64,000 nucleotides of DNA from assembly GCF_009914755.1 (NCBI RefSeq), contig NC_060927.1, one strand, 5' to 3'. Made by a program: the position numbers and the translations under genes. This DNA comes from the human T2T-CHM13v2.0 reference genome, Homo sapiens. The notes beneath the pieces were generated by a model. It saw nothing but the letters and a program-made list of their open reading frames with translations, ran no database searches and was not told where the DNA came from. This document shows, one piece after another, positions 1 through 12,759 of the stretch (positions are counted from its first letter, which is position 1; each line of letters opens with the position of its first letter).

Positions 1-1064
1 CACAACTAAAACACCAAAAGCAATGGCAACAAAAGCCAAAATTGACAAATGGGATCTAATTAAACTAAAGAGCTTCTGCACAGCAAAAGAAACTATCATC
101 AGAGTGAACACGCAACCTACAGAATGGGAGGAAATTTTTGCAATCTATCCATTTGACAAAGGGCTAATATCCAGAATCTACAAAGAACTTCAACAAATTT
201 AGAAGAAAAAAACAAACGACTCCTTCAAAATGTGGGTAAAGGGTATGAACAGACACTTCTCAAAAGAAGTGTGGCCAGTAAGCATATGAAAAAAAGCTCA
301 TCATCACTGGTCATTAGAGAAATGCAAATCAAAAACACAATGAGATACCATCTCATGCCAGTTAGAATGGCGATCATTAAAAAGTCAGAAAACAACAGAT
401 GCAGGAGAGGATGTGGAGAAATAGGACCATTTTTACACTGTTAGTGGGAGTGTAAATTAGTTCGAACATTGTGGAAGACAGTGTGGCAATTCCTCAAGGA
501 TCTAGAACCAGAAATACCATTTGATCTAGCAATTCCATTACTGGGTATACACCCAAAGAATCATAAATCATTCTCCTATAAAGACACATACATATGTACG
601 TTTATTGCAGCACTGTTCACAATAGCAAAGACTTGGAACCAACCCAAATGTCCATCAATTATAGACTGAATAAAGAAAATGTGGCACATATACACCACAG
701 AATACTATGCAGCCATAAAAAAGGATGAGTTCATGTCGTTTGCAGTGACATGGATGAATCTGGAAACCATCATTCTCAGCAAACTAACCCAAGAAGAGAA
801 AACCAAACACCGCATGTACTCACTCATAAGTGGGAGTTGAACAATGAGAACACATGGACACAGGGAGGGGAACATCACACAAGGGGGCCTATCAGGAGGT
901 GGGGGGCTTGGAGAGGGATAGCATCAGGAGAAATATCTAATGTAGATGATGGGTTGATGGGTGCAGCAAACCACCATGACACGGGTATACCTATGTAACA
1001 AACCTGCATGTTCTGCATATATATCCCAGTACTTAAAGTATAATAAAAAATTTTTTAAAAAAAA
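1..1064 (+). mobile_element. LINE-1 3' portion (L1PA7-like), cut by window start
   Basis: Decayed ORF2 C-terminus (MFIAALFTIAKTWNQPKCP-like ORF 469-669); 3'UTR GGGTTGATGGGTGCAGCAAACCACCATG...ACTTAAAGTATAATAAAAAA; A-rich tail. Confidence 0.92.
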
Positions 1065-2595
1065 CATTCCTATAGATAAAAAGAGGTGCCTGACTGATCT
1101 GAATAGCTGAAATACTGGGACAAGAATAAGGCTATAAAATAAATAGCTTTCTTGCTGGCTGGACAAGGGAGCTGAAGTAGCTTCCACTCTTCACCCTGAT
1201 AATACCTCAGCAAATCTAATTGTGAGTTCCCCCAGCCACCCTCATCAAGGCTGGGGCCTTGGACCACCATTAGGTATTACATCCACCCACCTGCCTTAAC
1301 AACAACCTGTTCCTACCCAGGGTTACCTCTCCTATTGGCCTGAAGCCTGAATCGTCAACTCAGTAAATAAAATACTGGAGGAAAATTAAATAAATTGAAC
1401 ACCAAAAAAGAATAAATCAAGCTTCAAGAGATTCTTGTCATTCCATCCCCATAGGAGACAATGAAATTACCCACACACCAAAAACATAGCTACTGCAAAC
1501 GGCATCTGAGAAAGCTAGCACACAAAGTCTCTCCATAACTAAGGAATTCATAAAAAGTTTTCCACCTAAAAGTACCCAAAATCAAATTAGGCTAAAATAA
1601 ACATAAAGTCCAATCCTTAAGGGGTAGGGCCAGGGAAGAATTTTTTTTAAAAAAACACAATCCAATCAAAAATAAATTTAAGAACAATTTGAAGAGATAA
1701 TCTGCTCAAATCAGAAGGAACCAGAAAAGTAACTATGGTAATATGACAAAACAGGGTTCTAAAACACCCAGAAGAGATCACACTAGCTCCCCAGCAATGG
1801 ATCCAAACCAATAAAAAAATATATTTGAATTACCATATAAAGAATTTAGATGACTGATTATTAATCTGCTCAAGGACATAGCAGATAAAGGTGAAACCAA
1901 CTTAAAGAAATTTAAAAAACAAATCCAGGATATGAATGAAAATTTTTCAGAGAAGTGTATATCATAAAGAAAAAACAATCACAAATTCTGGAAATGAAAG
2001 GCACACTTAGGGCAATGGAAAGTTTCAACAATAGACTAGAACAAGTAGAAGAAAGAATTTCAGAACTGGAAGACAAGCCTTTAGAATTAACCCAATCTGA
2101 CAAAGGCAAAGAAAAAAGAATTTGAAAAAAATGAACAAAGTCTCCAAGAAATATAGGATTATGTAAAGTGGCCAAACCTAAGAATAATTGCTATTTCTTA
2201 GGAAAAAGAGAAATCTAAAGTTTGGAAAATTTATTTGAAGGAATAATAGAGGAAAACTTCTCTGGCCTTCCTAGAGATCTAGACGCCTGAATACAGAAAC
2301 CTCGTATACTTCCTGGGAAATTCATCACAAAAAGACCATCACCAACATACATAGTCATAAAATCATCTAAAGTCAAGACAAATGAAAGAATCTTAAGAGC
2401 TGTGAGACAAAGCATCAGGTAATCTATAAAGAAAAACTTATCAGATTAACAGCAGATTTATCAGCAGAAACCATAGAAGTCAGAAAGGATTGAGGTGATG
2501 GGTGAAAAAAAATCTTAGAAATCACCACTAAAGAACTTATGCTTGTGACAAAGAAAACCCTGTACCCCAAAAAGTATTGCATAAAATTTTAAAAA
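1065..2595 (+). mobile_element. L1PB-type LINE-1: 5'UTR plus partial ORF1 joined directly to the last ~100 nt of the 3'UTR
   Basis: ORF1-like region ~1700-2494 (GAAAACTTCTCTGGCCTT, AGATTAACAGCAGATTTATCAGCAGAAACC) followed by L1PB terminus GGTGATGGG...AGAAATCACCACTAAAGAACTTAT...CCCCAAAAAGTATTG. Confidence 0.75.
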
Positions 2596-2644
2596 TATTA
2601 TGAGTTACATATAAAGATTTACATATAATGACATTTTGTCTTAT

Positions 2645-3040
2645 GTAAAGTTTCCTTGAAACTTAGAATTGATCTGTAAGTGATTTATTGAGCAAGTGCT
2701 CTCAAGAGAAACCAATAGAACAGGGAAGGGAAAATAAGTCAATCGGGGTAAGATTTTAGGCAACACACCAGCTTTAAACTAATCCCACAAATTTGCTCTA
2801 GACTACAATGTACAGTATGAGTAAAGTATATCTCTGTTTAATCCAAGGGAGCTGGGTTTTATGCTTTAGTACACTGCATCACATGAAGGCGTAATCTACC
2901 AGATACTTCAATGATTTTGCTTTTAGCCTTCTAAAATGCCTCCTTTACCACAAGGGCAGTCTTTCAAGAGATTTTATAGCAATTAGGCCATTAGAAGCAA
3001 AGAAAATAATTTTTGGAAGGGACAATGGGCATATAAAATG
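2645..3040 (-). mobile_element. Old ERVL LTR fragment (LTR33/LTR16 group)
   Basis: GTAAGTGATTTATTGAGCAAGTGCTCTCAAGAGAAACC...CAGGGAAGGG resembles the reverse complement of ERVL LTR 3' ends; highly diverged. Confidence 0.45.
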
Positions 3041-3049
3041 ATAAATTAA

Positions 3050-3427
3050 TGATATGATTTGGTTGTGTCCCCACCCAAATCTTGAATTGTATTATAGTTC
3101 TCATAATCCCCATGTGTTGTGGGAGGGACCCAGTGGGAGGGAATTGAATTCTGGGGGCGGTTACCCCCATGCTGCTGTTCTCATGATAGTGAGTGAGTTC
3201 TCACAAGAGATGATGGTTTTATAAGGGGCTTTTCCCAGTTTTGCTCAGCACTTCTTCTTCCTACCATCATGTCAAGAAGGATGTGTTTGCTTTCCCTTCT
3301 GCCATGATTGTAAGATTCCTGATACCTCCCTAGACATGCATAACTGTGAGTTAATTAACCCTCTTTCCTTTGTAAATTACCCAGCCTTGGGCAGTCCATT
3401 ATAGCAATGTGAGAACAGACTAATACA
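3050..3427 (+). mobile_element. THE1D-like MaLR solo LTR
   Basis: TGATATGATTTGG...CCCCACCCAAATC start and GAGAACAGACTAATACA end; 378 bp. Confidence 0.9.
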
Positions 3428-3929
3428 ATGTCTAATGAAATATAGGTGAAATATGAACTGAACATATGTTATGACTGAACATAAACATTGGCCAAAGTAT
3501 TTTCTAATCATAGTAAAATGGAAGAAATATGAGAAACAGCAAATTCATGGGTACGTAAAACATTCTTGTTACAGATTTCTAGACAGTCTTTAAAATCATA
3601 ATCCTGTTTTTGACAATACTTAAGAATATGTAATGCTTAATTTTATGAAACGAGAAGATAATGACTCTTTTAATTTTACATACACTATGGGTCACTACAT
3701 GTTCACATCATAACATATTTGTATACAATATATGCACATATAATCTCTATTTTATAAGAGGCTACATTTAAAAGTACAAAATCTAAAGAAATCTCTACAA
3801 TCAGGAAATAAGCAAGATAATTCATGACTTTATAATAAAATAACATATTATAAACCCATCAAAATGAGGATATTGGTTCACCCAATAAATAGAGTAAATA
3901 TCATCAATGGAAATCTAGATTGCAGACAC

Positions 3930-4668
3930 TGAAGAACAAAGGCCCTAGAGTTAGATTTTCTTAGTTCAAAATCTAACTGTTCTGTTCTGCCACTGAACAG
4001 TTGTGTGTCTTTGGCAAGTTACTTTCTCCTTTTAAGGACTAGCTTCCCACTATTCACAATAGCAAAGACATGGAATCAACTTAGGTGTCCACCGATGGAA
4101 GATTGGATAAAGAAAATGTGATACATACACACCATGGAATACTACAACCATTAAAAAAGAAAAAAAAAATCATGTGTTTTGAAGTAACATGGATGCAGCT
4201 GGAGGCCATTATTTGAAGTGAATTAACTCAGAAACAGAAAACCAATTACTGCCCATTTTCTCACTTATAAGAGGGAGCTAAATCTTGGGTACACATAAAC
4301 ACAGGGATGGGAACAATAGACACTGGGGACTCCAAAAGAAGAGAGAGGGACAAGAATTGAAAAACTTACTATTGGGTACTATGTTTACTATCTCGGTGAT
4401 GGACCAATAGAAGCCCAAACCTCAGCATCACACAATGTACACTTGTAACAAACCTGTAGGTGTACCCTTGAATCTAAAATAAAAATGGAAATTTTTAGAA
4501 AACAGTCTTAGCTTCCTTGTCTGTAAAATAGGAGCAATAATAGTCTGTGTTTTAGAAGGTTGTTGAATTAAATGAGCTGACAGGAAAATTAAATTGGCTC
4601 CATAGGGAAATAACTTATAACTATGATTGATACATAGAAAACACTCAATAGAAGTTAGACATTATTAA
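3930..4668 (+). mobile_element. MIR SINE split by an L1 insertion
   Basis: CTGCCACTGAACAGTTGTGTGTCTTTGGCAAGTTACTT before the L1; CTTCCTTGTCTGTAAAATAGGAGCAATAATAG and CACTCAATAGAAGTTAG after it. Confidence 0.65.
4048..4500 (+). mobile_element. 5'-truncated LINE-1 3' end (L1PB4/L1PA16-like)
   Basis: CACTATTCACAATAGCAAAGACATGGAATCAAC...AGAAGCCCAAACCTCAGCATCAC...GAATCTAAAATAAAA; TAGCTTCC duplicated at 4040-4047 and 4509-4516 (TSD core). Confidence 0.88.
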
Positions 4669-5754
4669 CATATAAGTAATATTTAGTATTTACTGCATAT
4701 TTATTCAATCATAAGAAAAAGAAACATCTCTTTCACTGACAAGCAGACAAAACCACAGATAAAACCGTCCTTTGACTGTTTTTAGGTAATAACTAGGAAA
4801 ATAGAGTCCTCTGGTCAGGGCTAATATAAGAAGACTTCAAAGTAATGAGTATTGTGAAAATAAAGCTCTTTAAAAATGTGAAATGAGATTATTTATGTGG
4901 GTAGGAAGTGTGGTAACTTAATGTTCTGTGGTAAAATGTCAAGTGTTTGGCTGGAACACCAGTTGTAAAAATCTATAGCAAGAAAGGTGGAAAGGTAGAA
5001 AAATGCTTATAGAAAAAAACAGATGCTGCCTTTCAAAATTGTCTAACAAGAACTTCATACCCAAATGGCATAAGTTAACCATCAGATGAAGCTTTATATT
5101 AGGGAATTAATGGGTGTCTCAGAGAGAAAGAAAAAAAAAGTTTCAATTTTCCATTTGTATTATCTCTGAACTTTTGAATACTTTCTAATGAATAATCTGT
5201 AGGGGTGGTTTCTTGATCCCTTGAGTATTTTATATTCCCTGACAAAGTTTTGTGCTAGTAGTACTGACTTGATTTTCAACCAAATATTGCAGTTTTCTCC
5301 TTTGACATTTTATGAAGAATTACACAACTTTTCTTTTCTTAGTCTAGTTAAATAAGATGCATCGAGCATACATAAGTGGCCCTACTACCATGGCAGTATT
5401 AAAATTAATAATAAGATACATACAACTTTAGCAACTTATATTTTAAAAGCTCATGAAAAAAATTTTAGAGAGTTCTTAAAGAACTCTTTTAAAGAACTTA
5501 AGGCCACAAGCAGCTTGATCTGCATGGTGAGACAGAATCCCACTATTGGAAACATTGACAAATGACAAATCAAAATAAATAAATATAGCAAAGTAGGAAG
5601 AACCTTGAACTGGGATTGAGGGTAACTGATAGTTTTGAGTTTGCAATTAACAATCTGTATAATCAGAAATACCACAGAATCTCATGAGTCAAAATATTAA
5701 CCTAGAAGATCAAGATTTCCTTCTATTTCCTATTTTATAATACTTACATAACTT

Positions 5755-5885
5755 ATAATTTTACTTGTTTATGTGTGTTTGTCACAGTACTGCAACATCC
5801 AAGTGGTCAAGAGTCATGTCTTATTTACACTGGAGTATCAAATATATGATAAGTCTCCAATAAGTGTTTGTTTAGTAAATGAATT
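5755..5885 (+). mobile_element. L2 3' end fragment
   Basis: Ends CTCCAATAAGTGTTTGTTTAGTAAATGAAT, typical of the L2 terminus. Confidence 0.55.
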
Positions 5886-6529
5886 ATGTTCAGAAAGACG
5901 ACAAGTTAGATATTCAAACATACACTCCAACTAAAAGTAATAAAAAATGCTGATATGAAATCACCGAAACAACAGAGTAAAAGCAAGCTGACTTTATTCC
6001 CCTAACTGAAAACCAAAAATACATATATACTGCCAAGATTATTACCAGCAATATCCTAAAATTCAAATACAGGGATGAGATCATTTCTAGGCCATAGAGA
6101 ATTTTAAAACTCCATGCAGACAGTAAGAGAATCAGACTTTTATATCAGTAACGACTGGTCCCAATCTACCAGATATCCTCCCATATATAAAATTTCCCCT
6201 GAACTCACAGTTTCTACACTGGAAAAAGTGAAATCAAGATGGACAACCACTTCCTTACCACGTTGGTTTCCCTGGCAGGAGAACTGTCTCTGCCTCAACC
6301 CACAAAAGCATCTCGAGTGCCCAAAGGGAGAAAAACCACTGAGGACAGCCAAAGACAAAGAGAGGAGGCAGGACTAGCAGTCTCAAACCACAGAACTCTG
6401 CTCTATATCTCAGTCAATGGAAACACCAAATCAGAGGGCCTGTTTAGTAGAACCATACTGTTGGAAGCATATTCCACAGTTCCCCTGGGCATGAGTTCCT
6501 AGTCAGGTTTCCCATACTGTTGAGGTACT

Positions 6530-6851
6530 TGTTGCTGTTGTTGTTGTTGTTGAAATGGAGTCTTGTTCTATCACTCAGGCTGGAGTGCAGTGGCACAATC
6601 TAAGCTCACTGCAACCTCCATCCCCTGGGTTCAAATTGATTCTCCTGCCTCACCCTTCCAAGTAGCTGGGATTACAGGTGCCTGCCACCACACGTGGCTA
6701 ATTTTTGTATATTTATTTATTTATTTATTTTTGTAGAGACAGGATTTTGCCATGTTGACCAGGCTGGTCTTGAACTCCTGACCTCAGGAGATCCATCCAC
6801 CTCAGCCTCCCAAAGTGCTAGGATTACAAGCGTGAGCCACTGCACCCAGCC
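6530..6851 (-). mobile_element. AluS (Sx/Sz-like) with (TTG)n tail
   Basis: Full dimer in reverse complement ending CACCCAGCC; middle A-rich region expanded to (TTTA)n. Confidence 0.95.
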
Positions 6852-6990
6852 AGGATATTTTTTGTAGGATTTCCCCAATCAGGATGGGCAATATTCCAAA
6901 CATTTGCTAGAACCAAAGCAAACATGGGTTCAAGGTGCCACCTAGTGCCAAATAGAAGGCAGTAACCTAGTGAAAATATATTCAACAGGT

Positions 6991-7143
6991 TGGGTACAGC
7001 AAGCCACCATGGCATGTGTCTACCTATGTAACAAACCTGCATGTTCTGCACATGTACCCCAGAACTTAAACTATATAAAATATATATATGTGTATATATA
7101 TACATATATATCTATGCACAAGCACATACATGTATATATATGT
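6991..7143 (+). mobile_element. Ultra-short L1PA7/8-like 3' end (~90 nt) with TA/CA-rich tail
   Basis: TGGGTACAGCAAGCCACCATGGCATG...CCCCAGAACTTAAA; exact 15-bp TSD ATATATTCAACAGGT at 6976-6990 and 7144-7158. Confidence 0.9.
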
Positions 7144-8912
7144 ATATATTCAACAGGTAAATTGTAAACGTATCCAAGAACAAAACATAAGAAAACAGAC
7201 AGAGAAGACTGGAATATATAACTGATTCTTCAATGAGAAAACATAGATGTACATCCACAGGAAACAACAATAAACAGGGAACCATGATATCCACAAATTA
7301 ACAACATATGAAACCAGTGAGTAAGAAAGAAATATGTTTGCTGAGCTGAAAATTTTTTAGAAACTGTCCAAAGAAAAAAATGGATCAAATAGAGGAGAGA
7401 ATCAGTGAGCTTGAAGACAGGATATTTGAAAATACACACAAAAAGAACAGAAAGGAACAAAGAACACCTATAAGATATTTTTAAAAACCACCTCAAAAGA
7501 GCAAATTTAAGAATTATTGGTGTTCAAGAGAGCTGAGAAAGAGCAAGTGGTAGAAAGTTCATTAAAAATGTTAACAGAAGTCTTTCCGACTTCAGAAAGA
7601 TGTAAGTATCTAGATACAGGATAGTTAGAGATCACCAAATGGATTCAATCCAAATGAGACTACCCCAAGGTCTATAACAAGCAAACTTTCAAAGGTCAAG
7701 GACAAACAGAGAATCGTAAAAACAGCAAGGGAGAGGAAGCAAATAACGTTTAAAGGAGTTTCCATTTGTCTGGCAACAGACTTCTCTCAATGGAAATCAT
7801 ACAAGCCAGGAGAAAGTGAGACAACATATTCAAAGTGCTGAAGGTAAAGGGCTGCCAACCAAGAACATGTACCCAGCAAAGTTGTGCTTTGAACATGAAA
7901 GAAAGATAGTTTTTCCCAGACAAAGTCTGAAAATGTTTATCACCACCAGACTTGTCTAACAACAAATGCTAAAGGGAGTTCTTCATTCTAAATAATAATG
8001 ATAATAATAATAATAATAAAACACAAAAATCCAAAAAACAAATTGGAGTTGTATAAAGGCCACTGGTAAAAGTGAGTACACAGAAAAACAGAATGCTCTA
8101 AAACTGTAATTGAAGTGTACAATCTACTCAAAATTATAGTATAAAGACTAGAACACGAGTATACCAAAAAAGTAGCTAGAGCAACTTGTTAAGTGATAGA
8201 TAATATAAAAAGATTGAAATTGAGACAATATAAACTCAAAATGTGTGGACAAGGGAGTTAAAGCTGAGTGTTTCCAGTTTTCTGTTTTTGTTTTTTGTTT
8301 CTTTTCTATTGTATTCTTCGTGATGAAAGATAAGTTGTCATCTGTTTAAAATAATTTTGTATCCAGCATCATGGTGACCACAAAGCAAAAATCTGTAATA
8401 GATACACTAAAAACAACCAATTAATTGAAACATACTACCAGAGAAAATCACTTAACTATAAAGGAAGACAGTAAGAAGAGAAAAAAGGGAGAGGAGTTAC
8501 AAAACAAGAAAACAGTAACAAAATGGCAATTTTAAGTTCTTACCAATCAATAATAACATTAAATATAAGCAGACTAAATTCTGCAATTAAAAGACATAGA
8601 GTAGCTAAATGAATTTTAAAAGTAAGACTCAACTATATGTTGCCTCCAACAAACGTACTTCACCTTTAAAGACAGCATAGACTGAAATTGAAAAAATGGA
8701 AAATGAATTCCATCAAAATGGAACAAAAAAAGAGCAGAAATTCCTGACACTCATGTTAGATATAGTAGACCACAAGTTAAAGACTATAACAAGAGACAAA
8801 GAAGGTCACAATAAAGGTCATAATAAAGAGTTCAATTCAACAAGATGATGTAACAATTATTGATACCTGTGCACTCAACAATGGACCACTAAAATATATA
8901 AAACAAATTTGA

Positions 8913-9175
8913 CCCAGCACTTTGGAAGGCCAAGGTGGGCAGATCATGAGGTCAGGAGATCAAGACCATCCTGGCTAACATGGCGAAACCTTGTCTCTAT
9001 TAAAAATACAAAAAAAAAATCAGCATGGCGTGGTGGTGGGCGCCTGTACTTGGGAGGCTGAGGCAGGAGAATGGTGTGAACCCAGGAGGCGAAGCTTGCA
9101 GAGAGGTGAGATCACGCCACTGCCCTCCAGCCTGGGCTACAATGCGAGACTCCATCTCAAAAAAAAAAAAAAAAA
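8913..9175 (+). mobile_element. AluY-like, 5'-truncated
   Basis: GAGATCAAGACCATCCTGGCTAAC and AATGGTGTGAACCC...AGCTTGCA diagnostics; 10-bp internal deletion (CCTGTA|CTTGGG); poly(A) tail. Confidence 0.92.
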
Positions 9176-9212
9176 CTTGATAGATCTAAAGGGAGAGATC
9201 AAGTGAAATCTC

Positions 9213-9619
<407 letters not shown>

Positions 9620-11760
9620 TTAAACTGCACAGTAGACCAAATGAACTTAACTGACATTTACTAACATTGCATCCAACTGCTTCAGAATACACATTCTTCT
9701 CATAAGCAAATGGAACATTCTCTTGGACAGAGCACATGTTAGTCAAAAAACAAGTCTAACAAACTCGAAAAAGTTAAAATCATATCAAGTCTCACAACTC
9801 CAGTGGATTTAAACTAGAAATCAATTTCTACAGGGAAAAACTATGAAACACTAACAAAAGAAATTATAGAGGACAAAATAAAATGAAAAATATTCTATGC
9901 TCATAGATTGGAAGAATCAATATTGTATAAATGTTGATGCTATGGAAAGCAATTTACAGATTCAATGCAATCTCTGTCAAAATACAAGTGACATTCTTTG
10001 CAGAAATAATAAAAGCAATCCTAAAGTTTATGTGGAACCACAAAAGACACCAAATGGCCAAAATAGTCCTGAGCATAAAGAACAAAGCTAAAGATATCAC
10101 ACTATCTAAATTCAAAATGTACTATAAAACTATAGTAACCAAATCAGCATAGTACTGGCATGAAAACAGACACATAGACCAATGGAGCAGAATAGAGAAT
10201 GCAGAAATAAATTGACTCATTTACAGCTAACTCATTTTCGCCAAAGCCACCAAGAACATAGATTGAGAAAAGGAGTCTCTTCAGTAAATGGTGCTGGGAG
10301 AACTAGATATCCGTATGTGGAAACCAGATCCCTATTTCTCACCATATACACAAATCAAATCAAAATAAATGAAACACTTAAACCTAAGACCTGAAACTAT
10401 GAAATGACTAAAAGAACACATTGGGGAAACACTCCAAGGCATTGGTCTGAGCAAAGATTTTAAGTAAGGCCTCAAAAGCACAACAACAAAATCAAAAATA
10501 GACAAAAAAGATCATATCATGTTAAAAAAGTTTCTCCTCAAAAAAAAAAAAAAAGTCAACAAAGTGAATGACAATCCACAAAATAGGAAAAGTATTTACA
10601 GACTATTCAACTGACAAGGGACTAATAACCATAACATATAAGAGACTCAAACAGTTCAATAGCAAGGCAACAAATAATCCAACTGAAGAATGGCCAAAAT
10701 ATCTGAGTAGACATTTTTCAAAATAAGACATACAAATGGCCAAAGTATATTTTTTAAAAATGCTCAATGACACTAATCATCACAGAGATGCAAATCAAAA
10801 CCATATCATTTCACCTCAGTTGAAATGGTTTTCCTCAAAAAGACAGGGAATAAGGTATGCTGGTGATGATGTGAAGAAGAGGGAACACTCATACACTGTT
10901 GTTGGGAATGTGCTATGGAAAATTGCATGAAGGTTTGTCAAAAAACTTGAAATAAAATTACCAAATGATTTAGCAATTCCATTAGTGGCTATATTTCCAA
11001 AAGTAAGGAAATCAGTATATCAAAAAGATATTTGCACTCCCATGTTTATTGCTACATTATTTACAATAGCCAAGATACAGAATCAACCTACTGTTCATCA
11101 CAGATGAATGGATAAAAAAATGGTATATATACACAATAGAATATTATTCAGCAATAAAGAAAAATGAAATTCTGTCATTTGCAGCAATATGAATGGAACT
11201 GGAAGTCATTATGTTAAATGAAATAAGACAGGCAGAAAAGGACAAATATTGCATGTTCTTCATACGTAGGAGTTAAAATATGGATCTCATAAAGATAAAT
11301 GCTGGAAGGGGTGGGAGGATAAAGAGAGGTTGATTAATGAGTACAAAAATACATTTAGAGAGAAAGAATAAGGCATATTGTTTGAGAGTTCGATAGGGTG
11401 ATTACAGTTAACAATAATCTATGGTATTGTATATTTCAACTTAGCTAGAAAAGAGTAATTCAAATGTTACTAGCATAAGGAAAAGATACATGATATAGGG
11501 TAAGATAAAGGATATCTCAGTTACTCTGATTTTATCACTGCTTATATTATAATATGAATATATCAAAATATAACATTTATCCCCAAATATATACATCTAC
11601 TATGCAGTAATAACTTTCAGTATTGAAAAAGAAAACATTCTTTTTAAAATAGAAAAAGATGTAAAAGATAGTATTGAAAGATAGTAAGAAAATATCAGGC
11701 CATACTCTTAATGAAGGCTGGAATCCAGAAATGTAAGTTGAATACAGCACAGACTTTTGA

Positions 11761-12300
11761 GTATACCCAAAGGAATATAAATCATGTTGCTATAAAGACA
11801 CATGCACACGTATGTTTATTGCAGCACTATTCACAATAGCAAAGACTTGGGACCAACCCAAATGTCCAACAATGATAGACTGGATTAAGAAAATGTGGCA
11901 CATATACACAATGGAATACTATGCAGCCATAAAAAATGATGAGTTCATGTCCTTTGTAGGGACATGGATGAAGCTGGAAACCATCATTCTCAGCAAACTA
12001 TTGCAAGGACAAAAAAACAAACACTGCACGTTCTCACTCACAGGTGGGAATTGAACAATGAGAACACTTGGATACAGGAAGGGGAACATCACACACCAGG
12101 GGGCCTGTTGTGGGGTCAGGGGAGGTGGGAGGGATAGCATTAGGAGATATACCTAATGTAAATGACGAGTTAATGGGTGCAGCACACCAACATGGCACAT
12201 GTATACATATGTAACAAACCCGCACATTGTGCACATGTACCCTAGAACTTAAAGTATAATAAAACAACAACAACAACAACAAAATATATATATATATATA
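11761..12300 (+). mobile_element. 5'-truncated L1PA4-like 3' fragment with (CAA)n(TA)n tail
   Basis: ORF2 C-terminus MFIAALFTIAKTWDQPKCP...GGN (11812-12054) and 3'UTR ending CCCTAGAACTTAAAGTATAAT; no clean TSD found. Confidence 0.95.
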
Positions 12301-12759
12301 AAGAAAGACACCTGCCAAACTTGAAATATTTGAGCTATGGTTTTTAAATATATTTTAGTTACATGGGGAAAAAGGAAAAGAATGGAACTTGCCCAAGTAG
12401 TATAAGATACATACAGATTAAAGTTGTATAAGACAAGCTATTAGGTTTATATAATTTCAAATGCTCCTCTGATATAATTCAAATCCCAGTGTCTACACCC
12501 TCAGTTTAATTATGAATCCAAAATAAATACGCCCTACTTACAATGCAGGGTAACAGAAAACATTGTTTTTATAATGAACATAAAATGAGGCAAAAATTTA
12601 TACACGTTACATAAGTTTAATATAAACAAATAAATATGATTCCCTTGCATCATATTTGTGATTTGCAAAATTGTATCATCTTATGGTCAAAACAAAGAAA
12701 AACAAAGCTGCAAATTTAAATAAAAATTATTCCTGTTTGGCATTGCCACTAAGTGGCTA

